Made by a program: the position numbers and the translations under genes. A stretch of DNA of 32,000 nucleotides from Pyrobaculum aerophilum str. IM2. Lineage in GTDB: Archaea; Thermoproteota; Thermoprotei; Thermoproteales; Thermoproteaceae. Location of the stretch: the NCBI RefSeq assembly GCF_000007225.1, contig NC_003364.1, positions 2,070,001 to 2,102,000 on the forward strand. Direction: 5' to 3'. Below the pieces are notes generated by a model, which did not search any database, had not been told where the DNA came from, and worked only from the letters and a program-made list of their open reading frames with translations. This document shows, piece by piece, positions 8,433 to 17,665 of the stretch; the first letter of the stretch is position 1, and each line of letters starts with the position of its first letter.

Positions 8433-8814
8433 CTACCTCGCCCAAAACACCCCTTAAGATTTGTTCCACTACCTCCTTGCCCACGTCTGGAACTGTCACA
8501 ACGGCTCCCCTGCCGGAGCGGGGGTAGTACTCCGCCGCGACAATAAACGGATGTTGTTCCAGTCTCGTCACCACAACTCTGTCGTCCATCCCCTTCTTTG
8601 CGACAAAGACGTAAACTGGCAACGCCAACTCATGGCCTAGGTCTAAGATCAGCCTGGTTACTTCAGCCGGCGAAGCGTCATCTGCCAGCTCAACCACTAT
8701 TTTATCGCCCTCTCTGTATATATTATACACGCCGCCTTGCGCCACGAGAAAGTCAGCTAGAATCTCCACGTCGCCATAGCTGGAATAAGTGGGAGTTAAT
8801 ACAAGCCTCCTCAC
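8386..8814 (-). CDS. Hypothetical protein (142 aa)
   Basis: ORF track. The GTG start at 8814 lies about 26 nt downstream of an A/T box (plus 8835-8845). No family recognised. Confidence 0.5.
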   Translation of the reverse strand: MRRLVLTPTYSSYGDVEILADFLVAQGGVYNIYREGDKIVVELADDASPAEVTRLILDLGHELALPVYVFVAKKGMDDRVVVTRLEQHPFIVAAEYYPRSGRGAVVTVPDVGKEVVEQILRGVLGEVVVESFSIQPIRKSFG

Positions 8815-8838
8815 GGAGAAAAAAAGGGATTGGATTTT

Positions 8839-9882
8839 TTAAAACTGGAGCTCGTCTAAGAACTTAAGCCTTTTTGGAATCGGCGGGTGTGTGGAGAATA
8901 TTTCTTGAAAGACCGAGTAGCTGGACCTCTTAATTTCCTCAAGATCGCTCCTAGTGACAGAGACAAAGGGATTGGCCACTGCGTTAACAAGGGCGTATAT
9001 AAACAAAGCTCTGAATTTGCTATCTCTAACAACTTCGTGAGCCTCTGGATTAGCGAAGTAGAATTTATGAATCTTGGCCAGGGCGAACTGCATGGCCTCT
9101 TTCCCAGCCGCCTTCGCCCCGGCCGTATCGGCGTAGTACTCTCTCAACCTGCTGAAAGCCAGCACTAAGAGCTGTATTAGGAAGGAGACTATTACAGCGG
9201 CGATTCCCACAGCGGCTAGAATTGCAGGGTTGCCGCCTCTATTTCCAGAAGATGCCATTGCCATATGTACTGCGGTGACCCCTAAGTAATAGACAATAGA
9301 TGGCAGAATGCCGAATAACAACATTATAGCGTTGTCTCTGTGTAAGTGGTGGCCAATTTCATGTCCTATCACCGCCTCAAGCTCTCTTCTATCAGTAAGA
9401 GCCAACATGCTGCTTGTCACAGCAACATATCTTCCAGTTAAGAAATTCCCATAGGCAAAAGCGTTTGGAGGTCCATCTACTACCACGGCCTTTAATTTAA
9501 ACGGCGCGCCAAGCCTTGCGGCCACTTCGTCTACAATTTGTTGCAAGCGGGGATCCGGCCTAGCGCCGTATGAAAGGTTAATTAAATAGGGCGACGCGAA
9601 ATACGTAATTATGTTCATAAGCACGACGAAGAAAATTAAGCCGAGTAAGAAACTCAAGCCATACGCCCCCATGTGAGGTAGCGCTACGGTTACAAACAAG
9701 TAGATTATAAAGGCAGTTGTTAAGACTACTAATACGGCGGTTAGCGCCATTGCGCCATATAATGTAAAGCGCCCCGAAATAGACTTAGCCACTTTTGGCG
9801 CAATAGTTGCAGCAATAATTAACATAAATATATATCCCACTATATAGAGTCCCAACGCCACTGGGTCAAATATTGGGAACAT
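8839..9882 (-). CDS. htpX: Membrane Zn-metalloprotease HtpX homolog (peptidase M48)
   Basis: HEIGHH zinc motif embedded in a multi-TM protein. Overall HtpX-like architecture, ending ...STHPPIPKRL. Confidence 0.9.
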   Translation of the reverse strand: MFPIFDPVALGLYIVGYIFMLIIAATIAPKVAKSISGRFTLYGAMALTAVLVVLTTAFIIYLFVTVALPHMGAYGLSFLLGLIFFVVLMNIITYFASPYLINLSYGARPDPRLQQIVDEVAARLGAPFKLKAVVVDGPPNAFAYGNFLTGRYVAVTSSMLALTDRRELEAVIGHEIGHHLHRDNAIMLLFGILPSIVYYLGVTAVHMAMASSGNRGGNPAILAAVGIAAVIVSFLIQLLVLAFSRLREYYADTAGAKAAGKEAMQFALAKIHKFYFANPEAHEVVRDSKFRALFIYALVNAVANPFVSVTRSDLEEIKRSSYSVFQEIFSTHPPIPKRLKFLDELQF

Positions 9883-10433
9883 GTGGTGCTATATACCTTT
9901 TGCTTAAAAACTTTTTTCGCTATAGTTGAATTGCAGATTGTCCCGTGTTTTGGACTTTCGCTCGCCGCGGTCGCCTTTAACGGCAAATCTCGCCATTTCA
10001 TGCCGAAGTTTGGCCCTTCTTTCCCAGCCTCCTATTGCATTGCTACTATGTTTTGAGCCGCCGCTAGTACCTATTTGACTCTCTCTTACTACGTGCAGAT
10101 CCTCTCCGGCGCACTGGCCTACGGATTAGCCATATTCAACGAACTCGTACCACGCTGGCTATAACATTGTCCTATTTACCGCTACGACGCCGTTAAACTT
10201 CACTCCGGCAAGTGAGAAGGGGTCGGAGAACATCGATCCAAGGGCCCAATGCACCATAAAGGTAAGTCACTAGTGCCATGACGACAGACAGCTACGGAAA
10301 TGTATAGAGAGGTAACATTGTCAGTGGTTTTTAAACTACCCTTTGGCGTGCAAGTTCAGGCGGTACGTGATATCTTCACCCCTCTGATACGGAGGCTCCA
10401 ATCATTTTAAATTTAAGTTAATAAATTGAATTT

Positions 10434-10739
10434 ATGTCTTGTGTTGATGAGTCAACGGCGGAAAAAATAGCAAGGAAAAAGGCGCTAGGGAGGCTGGGTA
10501 TCTTGAGGAGGTCAATAATGGTCTTCAAGGTGAGAGTCGGCGAGGACTGGCTTTTCGGCTTTGTGAGGACGAAATTTAAAGAGGAGGGTTTTCAAATAGC
10601 GGTAAAATTAGCGTACGTTGATTGTAAAGGCATAGCTCTGGAAAAGATCCCCTCTGAGATAAACGAAAGTATTAGGGAGTACATAGAGAGGCATGTGGCT
10701 ATGCTGTTGGAGAGAGAGTTAAGTAGTCTAGTCAAATAG
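10434..10739 (+). CDS. Hypothetical protein (101 aa), probably co-transcribed with moeA
   Basis: ORF track. The ATG lies 20-29 nt downstream of ttttaaattt (10405-10414). It ends 4 nt before moeA. Confidence 0.55.
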   Translation: MSCVDESTAEKIARKKALGRLGILRRSIMVFKVRVGEDWLFGFVRTKFKEEGFQIAVKLAYVDCKGIALEKIPSEINESIREYIERHVAMLLERELSSLVK

Positions 10740-10743
10740 ATCA

Positions 10744-12663
10744 ATGGCCAAGCGGGTAATTTTCCACGAGCTAGTTTCTCTCGACCAAGCCTCGGAGATA
10801 TTGTTAAAATTCGCCAGACCGCTCGGAGAGGAAGAGGTGGACATCGCCCAGGCGTATGGGCGGATGTTGGCTAGGGACATCACGGCGCCAATAGACGTGC
10901 CGCCTTTTGACCGCTCTACAGTGGATGGATACGCCGTAGTGGCCGAGGCCACTTACGGCGCGTCTGAGTTAACGCCTGTGGAATTTAAACTAGTGGGCAG
11001 AGTTGAAGCCGGCGATTGGCCCGCAGGGGAGGTAAAGCCGGGAGAGGCCTTTGAGGTGGCCACTGGGGCCCCCCTCCCCAGAGGTGCCAACGCCGTCGTT
11101 ATGGTCGAGTTCACTCAGACGAGGGGGGATCTTGTTAAGATATTCCGCGCCGTTGCCCCGGGGGAAAACGTCATGAGCGCGGGCTCCGATATATCCGCGG
11201 GAGAGGTGGTGTTGAGGCATTGCACTAAGCTCACGGCGAGGGAAATTGGAGTCTTAGCTGCCTTAGGACTTAGAAAAGTGCCCGTTATGAAAAGGCCTAT
11301 CGTGGGAATAATATCTACGGGAAACGAGCTGGCCGCCCCGGGGGAAAGGCTGGGGCCGGGGATGCTGTACGACGTAAATAGCTACTCGCTCGCCGCAGCT
11401 GTACAAGAGGCAGGCGGCTTGCCCGTTATATACGGCATAGTTAGAGACGAGGAGAGTAGCTACAAGTCGGCGTTGTTAAAGGCGCTGTCAGAATCCGACG
11501 TAGTTCTAATCAGCGGCGGCACTTCGGCCGGGGTAGCCGATTTGACGTATAGAGTATTGGGAGAGCTGGGGGACGTTTTGTTCCACGGCGTAATGGTCCG
11601 GCCGGGTAAGCCTACGTTAGCCGCCGTTATAAACGGCAAAATAGTAGTAGGCCTCCCCGGCTACCCCTCCTCTGCGCTTATGATATTTCACACTGTGGTG
11701 AGGCCGTTTCTCTTAAAACTACAGTGCGTAGAGCCGAGCCCGCCCGCTGTATACAAGGCGAAGTTGGCATACGGAGTAGAGGGCGCCAAGGGGAGGCGTG
11801 CTCTCTACCCAGTGGTCCTAATAGCGAGGAAAGACGGGTACAAGGCCTATCCCCTATACGCCGAGTCCGGGGCCATATCTGTGCTGGCGAGGGCGGACGG
11901 CTATATTGTCATACCGGAAAACGTGGAGTTTATGACTGAGGGAGAGGAAGTGGACGTGTATTTATTTGAGAAGTTCAAGCCGGCGGAGCTCTACTTTATT
12001 GGTAGCCACGACCCCCATTTAGATACAATATTGGCCCGACACAACGTAAAGACGGTGTATGTGGGATCAATGGGGGGTTTAATGTCTATTAAAAGAGGCG
12101 AGGCCGATTTCGCAGGGACGCACATATTAGACTTGGAGACTGGGGTTTACAACGTGCCAGTTGTCCAAAGACTGGGGATCAAGGGGGCGGCGGTCATAGG
12201 CCTATACAGGCGGGAACAAGGCCTTATTATTCAAAGGGGCAATCCCAAGGGGATAAAGGGGGTGGAGGACCTCCTTAGAGACGACGTGGTGTACGTCAAT
12301 AGGCCTAGGGGCACGGGCACGAGGGCTCTGCTTGATATCCACCTCTCTAAACTCGCCCAGAGGCTGGGCACTCCCTTTGAGGAGTTAATCCGCAAGATAA
12401 GGGGGTATACCTATGAGGTAAAAACCCATACTGCTGTCGCGGCGGCTGTAGCCCAAGGCAGGGCGGACGTGGGCATGGGGGTTAGGTATGCCGCTGAGCT
12501 CTACGGCCTGGACTTCATCCCCCTGGGCTGGGAGGAGTACGACTTAGTGGTAAGAGTTGACGTTTTGGACAAAGTCTTTGAAATTGTCCGCGAAGCGCTA
12601 GAAAATCTCCCGCGAGGTTATGAAAAGTATGAAATGTCAGGCAGAGTTAAGTGGGAGGGGTAG
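10744..12663 (+). CDS. moeA: Molybdopterin molybdo/tungsto-transferase MoeA fused to a C-terminal periplasmic-binding-protein-like (ModA/LysR-substrate-type) domain
   Basis: The N-terminal 400 aa or so have MoeA hallmarks (PPFDRSTVDGYAV, ISTGNEL, ISGGTSAG, RPGKP). The C-terminal 220 aa or so (ELYFIGSHDPHLD...GTGTRALLD...) look PBP type-2-like. Confidence 0.9.
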   Translation: MAKRVIFHELVSLDQASEILLKFARPLGEEEVDIAQAYGRMLARDITAPIDVPPFDRSTVDGYAVVAEATYGASELTPVEFKLVGRVEAGDWPAGEVKPGEAFEVATGAPLPRGANAVVMVEFTQTRGDLVKIFRAVAPGENVMSAGSDISAGEVVLRHCTKLTAREIGVLAALGLRKVPVMKRPIVGIISTGNELAAPGERLGPGMLYDVNSYSLAAAVQEAGGLPVIYGIVRDEESSYKSALLKALSESDVVLISGGTSAGVADLTYRVLGELGDVLFHGVMVRPGKPTLAAVINGKIVVGLPGYPSSALMIFHTVVRPFLLKLQCVEPSPPAVYKAKLAYGVEGAKGRRALYPVVLIARKDGYKAYPLYAESGAISVLARADGYIVIPENVEFMTEGEEVDVYLFEKFKPAELYFIGSHDPHLDTILARHNVKTVYVGSMGGLMSIKRGEADFAGTHILDLETGVYNVPVVQRLGIKGAAVIGLYRREQGLIIQRGNPKGIKGVEDLLRDDVVYVNRPRGTGTRALLDIHLSKLAQRLGTPFEELIRKIRGYTYEVKTHTAVAAAVAQGRADVGMGVRYAAELYGLDFIPLGWEEYDLVVRVDVLDKVFEIVREALENLPRGYEKYEMSGRVKWEG

Positions 12664-13908
12664 CTAGGCGTCTTCAACCGGCGCTAACAATATCACATCT
12701 ACTTCATCGCCTTCGTCGTATCCCTCGCGGTTTTCAGGGATCACTAATAAGCCGTTTCCCCGCGTCAGCGTGGACAAAACTCCGCTTCCAGTCACCGCCA
12801 GAGGCTCAGCGTATAAAACTCCCCCTTTGCGGAATACGCGCACTCTTACAAAACTGCGCACATTTATAGGCGTGGTCACCCTCCTAGTGAGCACCGCCCT
12901 TACCACGGGGGCTGGCTCCTCCTTGGCCCCCACCATGTGGAGTATAATAGGCTTTACAAAGACCTCAAATCCCACTATTGAGGCCACGGGGAAGCCTGAA
13001 AGCATGACGATAGGTTTGCCGCGCACCACGGCAGCGCTGTTAGGCCTGCCGGGTCTCGCCGCAATTCCATGGACAAGAACCTCCGGCCTGAGGCGAGACA
13101 CTGCTTTAATTACATAGTCCGGCTCCCCTACGGAGACGCCTCCTGTAGTAATTACAATATCAAATTTTGCAAGGGCTTCCCTCACTGCGTTGTAAATGGC
13201 CTCTTCGTCGTCGGGGACAAGGCCTAGGTAAAAAGACTCAGCGCCTAGTTCTCTCAACAAGGCGGAAATGACGTGTCTCGTGCTGTTGACAATTTTCCCA
13301 GGAGGCGGCGGGGCGTCTTCAAGCTCCACCAGCTCGTTGCCCGTTGAGATAATAGCCGCAGATATTTTAAAGACAGACACTTCCCTAATCCCCACCGAGG
13401 TCAACACGCCTACATCCCAGGGCTTTATCCTCCTTCCCTTTTTCACCACCACCTCGCCAGCCGCTACATCTTCCCCGCGCCTAGAGACGTAGTAAAACAC
13501 GGGAACTGGCTTGTACACCTCTACGTACTCCCCCCTCGCCGCGGCCTCCTCATAAGGCACTACGGCGTCAGCGCCTTTTGGCAGAGGGGCGCCCGTGGCT
13601 ATTTCAACAGCCTCTCCAGGCTTTAACTCGCTGGGGTATTCACCGCCGGGAAGGACTTTGCCTACGATTCTCAGCAAGATCGGGTTAGTCCGCGAGGCGC
13701 CTAAAGTATCAGCTGACCTTACGGCATATCCATCAAAAGCAGCTCTATCAAACGGCGGGACGTCTATAGGCGAGGCCACGTCCTCAGCGGCGTAAAGCCC
13801 CACGGCGGAGGGCGTAGGAATTCTTTCCACTGTTGGCGTGTGCCTCAAGGCGCTTAACACCACTTTCTGCGCCTCGGCGATGGGAGTAAGGGCCTTGAAA
13901 CCCCGCAT
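12664..13908 (-). CDS. moeA: Molybdopterin molybdo/tungsto-transferase MoeA (second paralog, no PBP domain)
   Basis: [37 protein letters not shown]. Its stop abuts the stop of the other moeA with zero spacer. Confidence 0.9.
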   Translation of the reverse strand: MRGFKALTPIAEAQKVVLSALRHTPTVERIPTPSAVGLYAAEDVASPIDVPPFDRAAFDGYAVRSADTLGASRTNPILLRIVGKVLPGGEYPSELKPGEAVEIATGAPLPKGADAVVPYEEAAARGEYVEVYKPVPVFYYVSRRGEDVAAGEVVVKKGRRIKPWDVGVLTSVGIREVSVFKISAAIISTGNELVELEDAPPPPGKIVNSTRHVISALLRELGAESFYLGLVPDDEEAIYNAVREALAKFDIVITTGGVSVGEPDYVIKAVSRLRPEVLVHGIAARPGRPNSAAVVRGKPIVMLSGFPVASIVGFEVFVKPIILHMVGAKEEPAPVVRAVLTRRVTTPINVRSFVRVRVFRKGGVLYAEPLAVTGSGVLSTLTRGNGLLVIPENREGYDEGDEVDVILLAPVEDA

Positions 13909-13920
13909 GAAGTGGATAGT

Positions 13921-13937
13921 TATATTGATATTTATAG
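13921..13937. promoter_or_regulatory. A/T-rich bidirectional promoter region (moeA paralog / hypothetical gene)
   Basis: tatattgatatttatag lies 13-29 nt from the moeA ATG (13908) and 15-31 nt from GTG 13952. Confidence 0.35.
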
Positions 13938-13951
13938 TTGGTCAAATACAC

Positions 13952-14974
13952 GTGGACCTTGTCCTCATAGAGGCACGGTACCAAAGAGCGGTTTTCCAAG
14001 GGAGTGAGGAGGTGTTGAAGAGGGACTTCCAGTTGAGATATGGCGATAAGTGGCAGAGCATTTGGGAGGCCTCAGACAACGCGTCTGAGGAGGATATTAA
14101 AAAGGCCGAGGAGCTCGCTGAGGGGCTGGCGGAGTTGGTTTCGGCCAGAATTGATGACTTAGAAACCGCTGCGCTTTATGCCAAATATGGAAGGAATCTA
14201 ACCCTTGAGCCCCAGGTCAAGTTAGGAATGGAGCTACTGGGCAAGGCGGAGGCGTTGGAAAAAATGTTGAGGTGGGGCCTTGTGATGCACTTCAGCGACG
14301 AGGTGATCTCAGCGCCGCCGTATTTAGCTAAGCTGCTATTAAAATTAATACAACACGACGTAAAACTCGACGTGGATTTGTGGGAGGAGCTAGAGCGATA
14401 TTCGCGCGACTACTCTTCAATGGCGTTTCTCGAAGGACTTCTCACGGGGGATTTCGACGAGGAGCTTCACAAGGCCTTATACGGCGCCCCAGCCTCCCAG
14501 TTGAAAATAGGAAGGGCTACTGTGTATACAAGCGATGTGGGACTCGTCGTAAACCCCGCGTACTCCCCCGAGGAGCTCTTAGGCGTTTTACTGCAAATAA
14601 AAAAACGCCGCGCCGATATGTTAGCCAGGGCGTTATCGTTACACGGCGAGTACGAATTTTCCGAGGAGTATAGATGTGGGTCTCAATATATCTCTCTGGA
14701 CGGATCGGCTGAGAAAAGCGGAGTAATTGCGATATGTCCATGGCTTTCTTACTCCCGGAGGCTGTGGAGGAGGGCCCGGAATTTAATTCTAATAGTTGAG
14801 GGCTCAAGACCTCCGCAACTGCGCCAGTTTAAATATGGCGTAATTTTTATAAGAGGCGGGGAGGCAGAAGTTATCAAACCGTATACTCCGTCAAAAATAT
14901 TTGAGTATATAATTGACGTGTTATACGGCGCAGGTTTCTACGTCTTAGAAGGCGAGGAGAGTTCCGCTTTTTAA
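13952..14974 (+). CDS. Hypothetical protein (about 340 aa), no recognisable family
   Basis: The ORF track gives 13838..14974, but its 5' part overlaps the moeA start. The in-frame GTG at 13952 lies downstream of the A/T-rich box at 13921-13937. The start is uncertain. Confidence 0.55.
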   Translation: MDLVLIEARYQRAVFQGSEEVLKRDFQLRYGDKWQSIWEASDNASEEDIKKAEELAEGLAELVSARIDDLETAALYAKYGRNLTLEPQVKLGMELLGKAEALEKMLRWGLVMHFSDEVISAPPYLAKLLLKLIQHDVKLDVDLWEELERYSRDYSSMAFLEGLLTGDFDEELHKALYGAPASQLKIGRATVYTSDVGLVVNPAYSPEELLGVLLQIKKRRADMLARALSLHGEYEFSEEYRCGSQYISLDGSAEKSGVIAICPWLSYSRRLWRRARNLILIVEGSRPPQLRQFKYGVIFIRGGEAEVIKPYTPSKIFEYIIDVLYGAGFYVLEGEESSAF

Positions 14975-15604
14975 CTCCTCGCCGCTGTATTCTATGTGTC
15001 TTAACAGCGTTGAGGAAACCACAGCGACGGCTCCCCCCTCTTTTATTAAATACATGGCGTAATATTCGCGAGGTCCTCTATAATATGTATAGGCATATGC
15101 CCTCAGCGACGGAAACTCCAAAACGGCGAGGTTAAGCGCCGTTTTTACATATCGCATTGCGTTTTCAACAGCTTTATCGGGATTGCCCCAATTTTTCGCG
15201 AGGAAAAGCGTTAACACAAAGCTGTCTGTATAACCGGTGGGATCAATGCCCAACTCCGCCGCTAAGGCCTTTTTATCCACTGATCCGTTATGAGCCACAA
15301 ATATAATCCTCCCGTCGTCTAAATGCGCCATATAGGGGTGTGAATGTGCCGGCCCCACAGGCTCGCCGGGAGACGCCGCCCTGGCGTGGGCCAACACCGC
15401 CTCTCTCATGGGCACTACTGTGGGATCCTCCCAGGCGGGCAGGCCGGATTTATAATAGAAAAATTCCCGTTGAGACATGGCAACAAACCCCCAGCCGTCG
15501 CCGTGTTGTTTCCTGTCGCTGGGCATGTAGGGATCGTATTTAGCCGCTAGTTTTAACGCGTTAGATAGATCTATAGAACCTTTAGAAATATATAATCTGC
15601 ACAC
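14945..15604 (-). CDS. Class-II (Ntn-type) glutamine amidotransferase-like protein (YafJ/EgtC-like)
   Basis: The initiator is followed by Cys (MCRLYIS...), the Ntn nucleophile position. Also present: HARAAS...HPY and VAHNGSV segments typical of GATase-2. The GTG start shares one nucleotide with the upstream stop (TAGTG). Confidence 0.75.
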   Translation of the reverse strand: MCRLYISKGSIDLSNALKLAAKYDPYMPSDRKQHGDGWGFVAMSQREFFYYKSGLPAWEDPTVVPMREAVLAHARAASPGEPVGPAHSHPYMAHLDDGRIIFVAHNGSVDKKALAAELGIDPTGYTDSFVLTLFLAKNWGNPDKAVENAMRYVKTALNLAVLEFPSLRAYAYTYYRGPREYYAMYLIKEGGAVAVVSSTLLRHIEYSGEELKSGTLLAF

Positions 15605-15861
15605 TAGGCGTGTGGCGGCGAAGTTTTCACGTGGGACTTGGCGACCACAAGAGTGGTCGTTGACCTAATTCCCTCTATTTTCCTCACTTTATCCCTCACA
15701 ATACTTCTAATTTTTTCTATGTCTGGCGCGTCAATCTTAATAATAATGTCATAAGGCCCATAGACAAAGTACACGGCTTTTACCTCCGGTATTGCGGCCA
15801 GTTCTTCCATTACTCTATCCTCAGCCCCAATGTCCACGTTTAGAAACACTACAGCCTCCAT
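15604..15861 (-). CDS. Stand-alone Lrp/AsnC ligand-binding (RAM) domain protein
   Basis: The 85-aa protein (AVVFLNVDIGAEDRVMEELAAIPEVKAVYFVYGPYDIIIKI...) matches the AsnC C-terminal domain pattern and has no HTH. Confidence 0.75.
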   Translation of the reverse strand: MEAVVFLNVDIGAEDRVMEELAAIPEVKAVYFVYGPYDIIIKIDAPDIEKIRSIVRDKVRKIEGIRSTTTLVVAKSHVKTSPPHA

Positions 15862-15891
15862 AAACTATCTAGATACATCACATTTTAAAAT

Positions 15892-16191
15892 TTATCTACT
15901 ACGTGATTCAAGATATCTCTTAATAACCACAGCTGTTGATAAATCAACTCTGTGTTTTTCAGTTAGTCCAGTGTCAGTATCTGTGAACTCAACTATATAC
16001 TCGGCCCCCTCGCCCTCCCCCTTGTAGATTTTAATTAGCGTATTGGGTTTACACATAGCAGTAAGCGACGTTGCGCTTTTCTCCACAACTGAGCAGTCGA
16101 CATATTTAAACACCTTGGCCTCTGCCGGCGTTCTGCTAATGGGACCTATTGGAGTTTCCTCGTAGTAGTACATCTTACGCCTTCGGCTCAC
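15892..16191 (-). CDS. Hypothetical protein (99 aa)
   Basis: ORF track. The ATG at 16191 lies about 26 nt downstream of ctttataaa (about 16211-16220). Confidence 0.55.
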   Translation of the reverse strand: MSRRRKMYYYEETPIGPISRTPAEAKVFKYVDCSVVEKSATSLTAMCKPNTLIKIYKGEGEGAEYIVEFTDTDTGLTEKHRVDLSTAVVIKRYLESRSR

Positions 16192-16418
16192 TAACTAGAC
16201 GATAGACACCCTTTATAAACTTAGTCTCTTCTTAATCTTCTGAGGATCCTCCGGCATACAGTTGGGAATTCGTGCTGAAGGTACGGCACTCGCGTAGCGG
16301 GGTTGACCGATCAAAAGATCGCGGCGGGTTTTAACGCGCTGTTGGAGGTGCTCTGCCGGCGGAGATTGCTGAAGGCGTCCGCGGAGGGTCGGCGCTTATA
16401 TTATTCGCCAGCGTTTAA

Positions 16419-16925
16419 CTACCCCGTTGTGGCTGGAGGCATTACGCGCCTCCGCCAGTCGTCTACAATCTCTAGGACAATCAAAGTCTCCGTTCTCTGG
16501 ATGTCTGGATTTGACGCCAGGTAAGTCACGAGGAAAGTGGAGAGTTGTTTTACATCGCGTGACCACACTTTAAATAGCAAGTCGTAGGGGCCTGTGATGA
16601 CATAAGCCTCTTCGACGTAAGGCAATCCTCCCTCGCCGTTGCACTCCGCGAGCACTTTTTCGGCTACTTCTAATTGAAGCGGTTTTGCCTCCTTCGGCGC
16701 CGCGCCTCTTCTCACGCTCACTAGGACAAAGGCGAGGAGTTTATACCCCAGGGCAAAGGGATTTACAACGGCTTTATAGCCAATAATAACTCCATCGTTT
16801 TCTAATTTTTTAATTCTTGCGGCGAGCGTCGTTTTGGGCTTTCCAATCTCTTCGCTGAGTTCTTGTAAGGTTTTTTTGCCGTTTGCCTGGAGGAGCGTTA
16901 TTAGTTTACGATCAATTTCGTCCAT
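16419..16925 (-). CDS. Lrp/AsnC-family transcriptional regulator (HTH + RAM)
   Basis: The N-terminus MDEIDRKLITLLQANGKKTLQELSEEIGKPKTTLAARIKKLENDGVI is a classic AsnC HTH, followed by a RAM domain. Confidence 0.9.
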   Translation of the reverse strand: MDEIDRKLITLLQANGKKTLQELSEEIGKPKTTLAARIKKLENDGVIIGYKAVVNPFALGYKLLAFVLVSVRRGAAPKEAKPLQLEVAEKVLAECNGEGGLPYVEEAYVITGPYDLLFKVWSRDVKQLSTFLVTYLASNPDIQRTETLIVLEIVDDWRRRVMPPATTG

Positions 16926-16965
16926 GTATGGGATTACGTCCTTATTAATAAGTTTCGGCGTGGAT

Positions 16966-16977
16966 AAAATTTATATT
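16966..16977 (+). promoter_or_regulatory. TATA-like box for rps3ae
   Basis: aaaatttatatt is centred about 28 nt upstream of ATG 17000. Confidence 0.45.
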
Positions 16978-16999
16978 CGGGCAGATGTTGTCATTCCCA

Positions 17000-17665
17000 A
17001 TGGCCGAGAAGCAGAAGGCCGTTGCTAAGCAGGAAAAAGTCGCTATTTCAAAGAGGGATCCATGGGCCTTGAAGAAATGGTTCAGCGTCTACGCCCCTTC
17101 ATACCTTGGCGGAGTCTTCCTGGCAGAAGTCCCGGCAAACGAGGCGCAGAAATTACTAATGCGCACGTTAGAAGTCTCCCTATACGACATCACAAAGGAC
17201 ATATCGCACCTCCCCATAAAGCTGAAATTTCAAATTCACCGAGTCGAGGGGCTTAAGGCATTGACCCGTTTTAAAGGCCTCGAGCTGACAAGGGATTACA
17301 TAAGATCGCTTGTAAGAAAGGGGACGAGCAAAGTAACTGCCATTACCGAGGTAAAAACTAAGGACGGAATGGTCATGAGAATTGCCGTTTTGGGAATTAC
17401 TACACACCGTATTGGTACCGCCCAGAAATCCGCCATGAGGAAAAAAATGATAGAAACGCTGGTAAAAAAAGCCGCCGAGCTAGATTCGGGGCAGTTCTTA
17501 AAAGAGATTCTGGAGGGGACTCTTGCGGCTGATCTCTTTATAGTTGCCAAGAAAATAGCGCCTATGCGGAAGGTCGAGATTGCTAAGATAAAAGTGCTTA
17601 AGTATCCGCCGGAGGAGGAGCAAATAGTTGTGAAAGAAGCCGTCGCCGAGGTTACCTCGGCTTAA
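17000..17665 (+). CDS. rps3ae: 30S ribosomal protein S3Ae (eS1)
   Basis: MAEKQKAVAKQEKVAISKRDPWALKKWFSVYAP... is S3Ae-like. ATG 17000 lies about 26 nt downstream of the A/T box at 16966-16977. The ORF track starts at 16985. Confidence 0.9.
   Translation: MAEKQKAVAKQEKVAISKRDPWALKKWFSVYAPSYLGGVFLAEVPANEAQKLLMRTLEVSLYDITKDISHLPIKLKFQIHRVEGLKALTRFKGLELTRDYIRSLVRKGTSKVTAITEVKTKDGMVMRIAVLGITTHRIGTAQKSAMRKKMIETLVKKAAELDSGQFLKEILEGTLAADLFIVAKKIAPMRKVEIAKIKVLKYPPEEEQIVVKEAVAEVTSA

Noticed and set aside
9952-9959. A minus-strand GAAAGUCC, resembling the CR-I core of RNase P RNA, inside the ORF-free gap.
   Set aside because: It is an isolated 8-mer near the 3' end of the gap, directly upstream of the htpX promoter. 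I could not find the complementary P4 strand or other conserved regions. The sampled GC content of the gap (32 of 60 at 10081-10140) is not elevated, unlike structural RNAs of hyperthermophiles.
16225-16418. A spacer of about 190 bp that looks relatively GC-rich, between the Lrp 3' end and the next promoter, with short palindromes (tccgcgga, gccggc) and a 5-bp hairpin (cgatc-aaaa-gatcg). Considered as a structured ncRNA.
   Set aside because: I could fold no extended stem, no C/D or H/ACA box arrangement fits, and the palindromes are short enough to be chance. It may simply be a 3' UTR. Worth a look only if sRNA-seq data exist.
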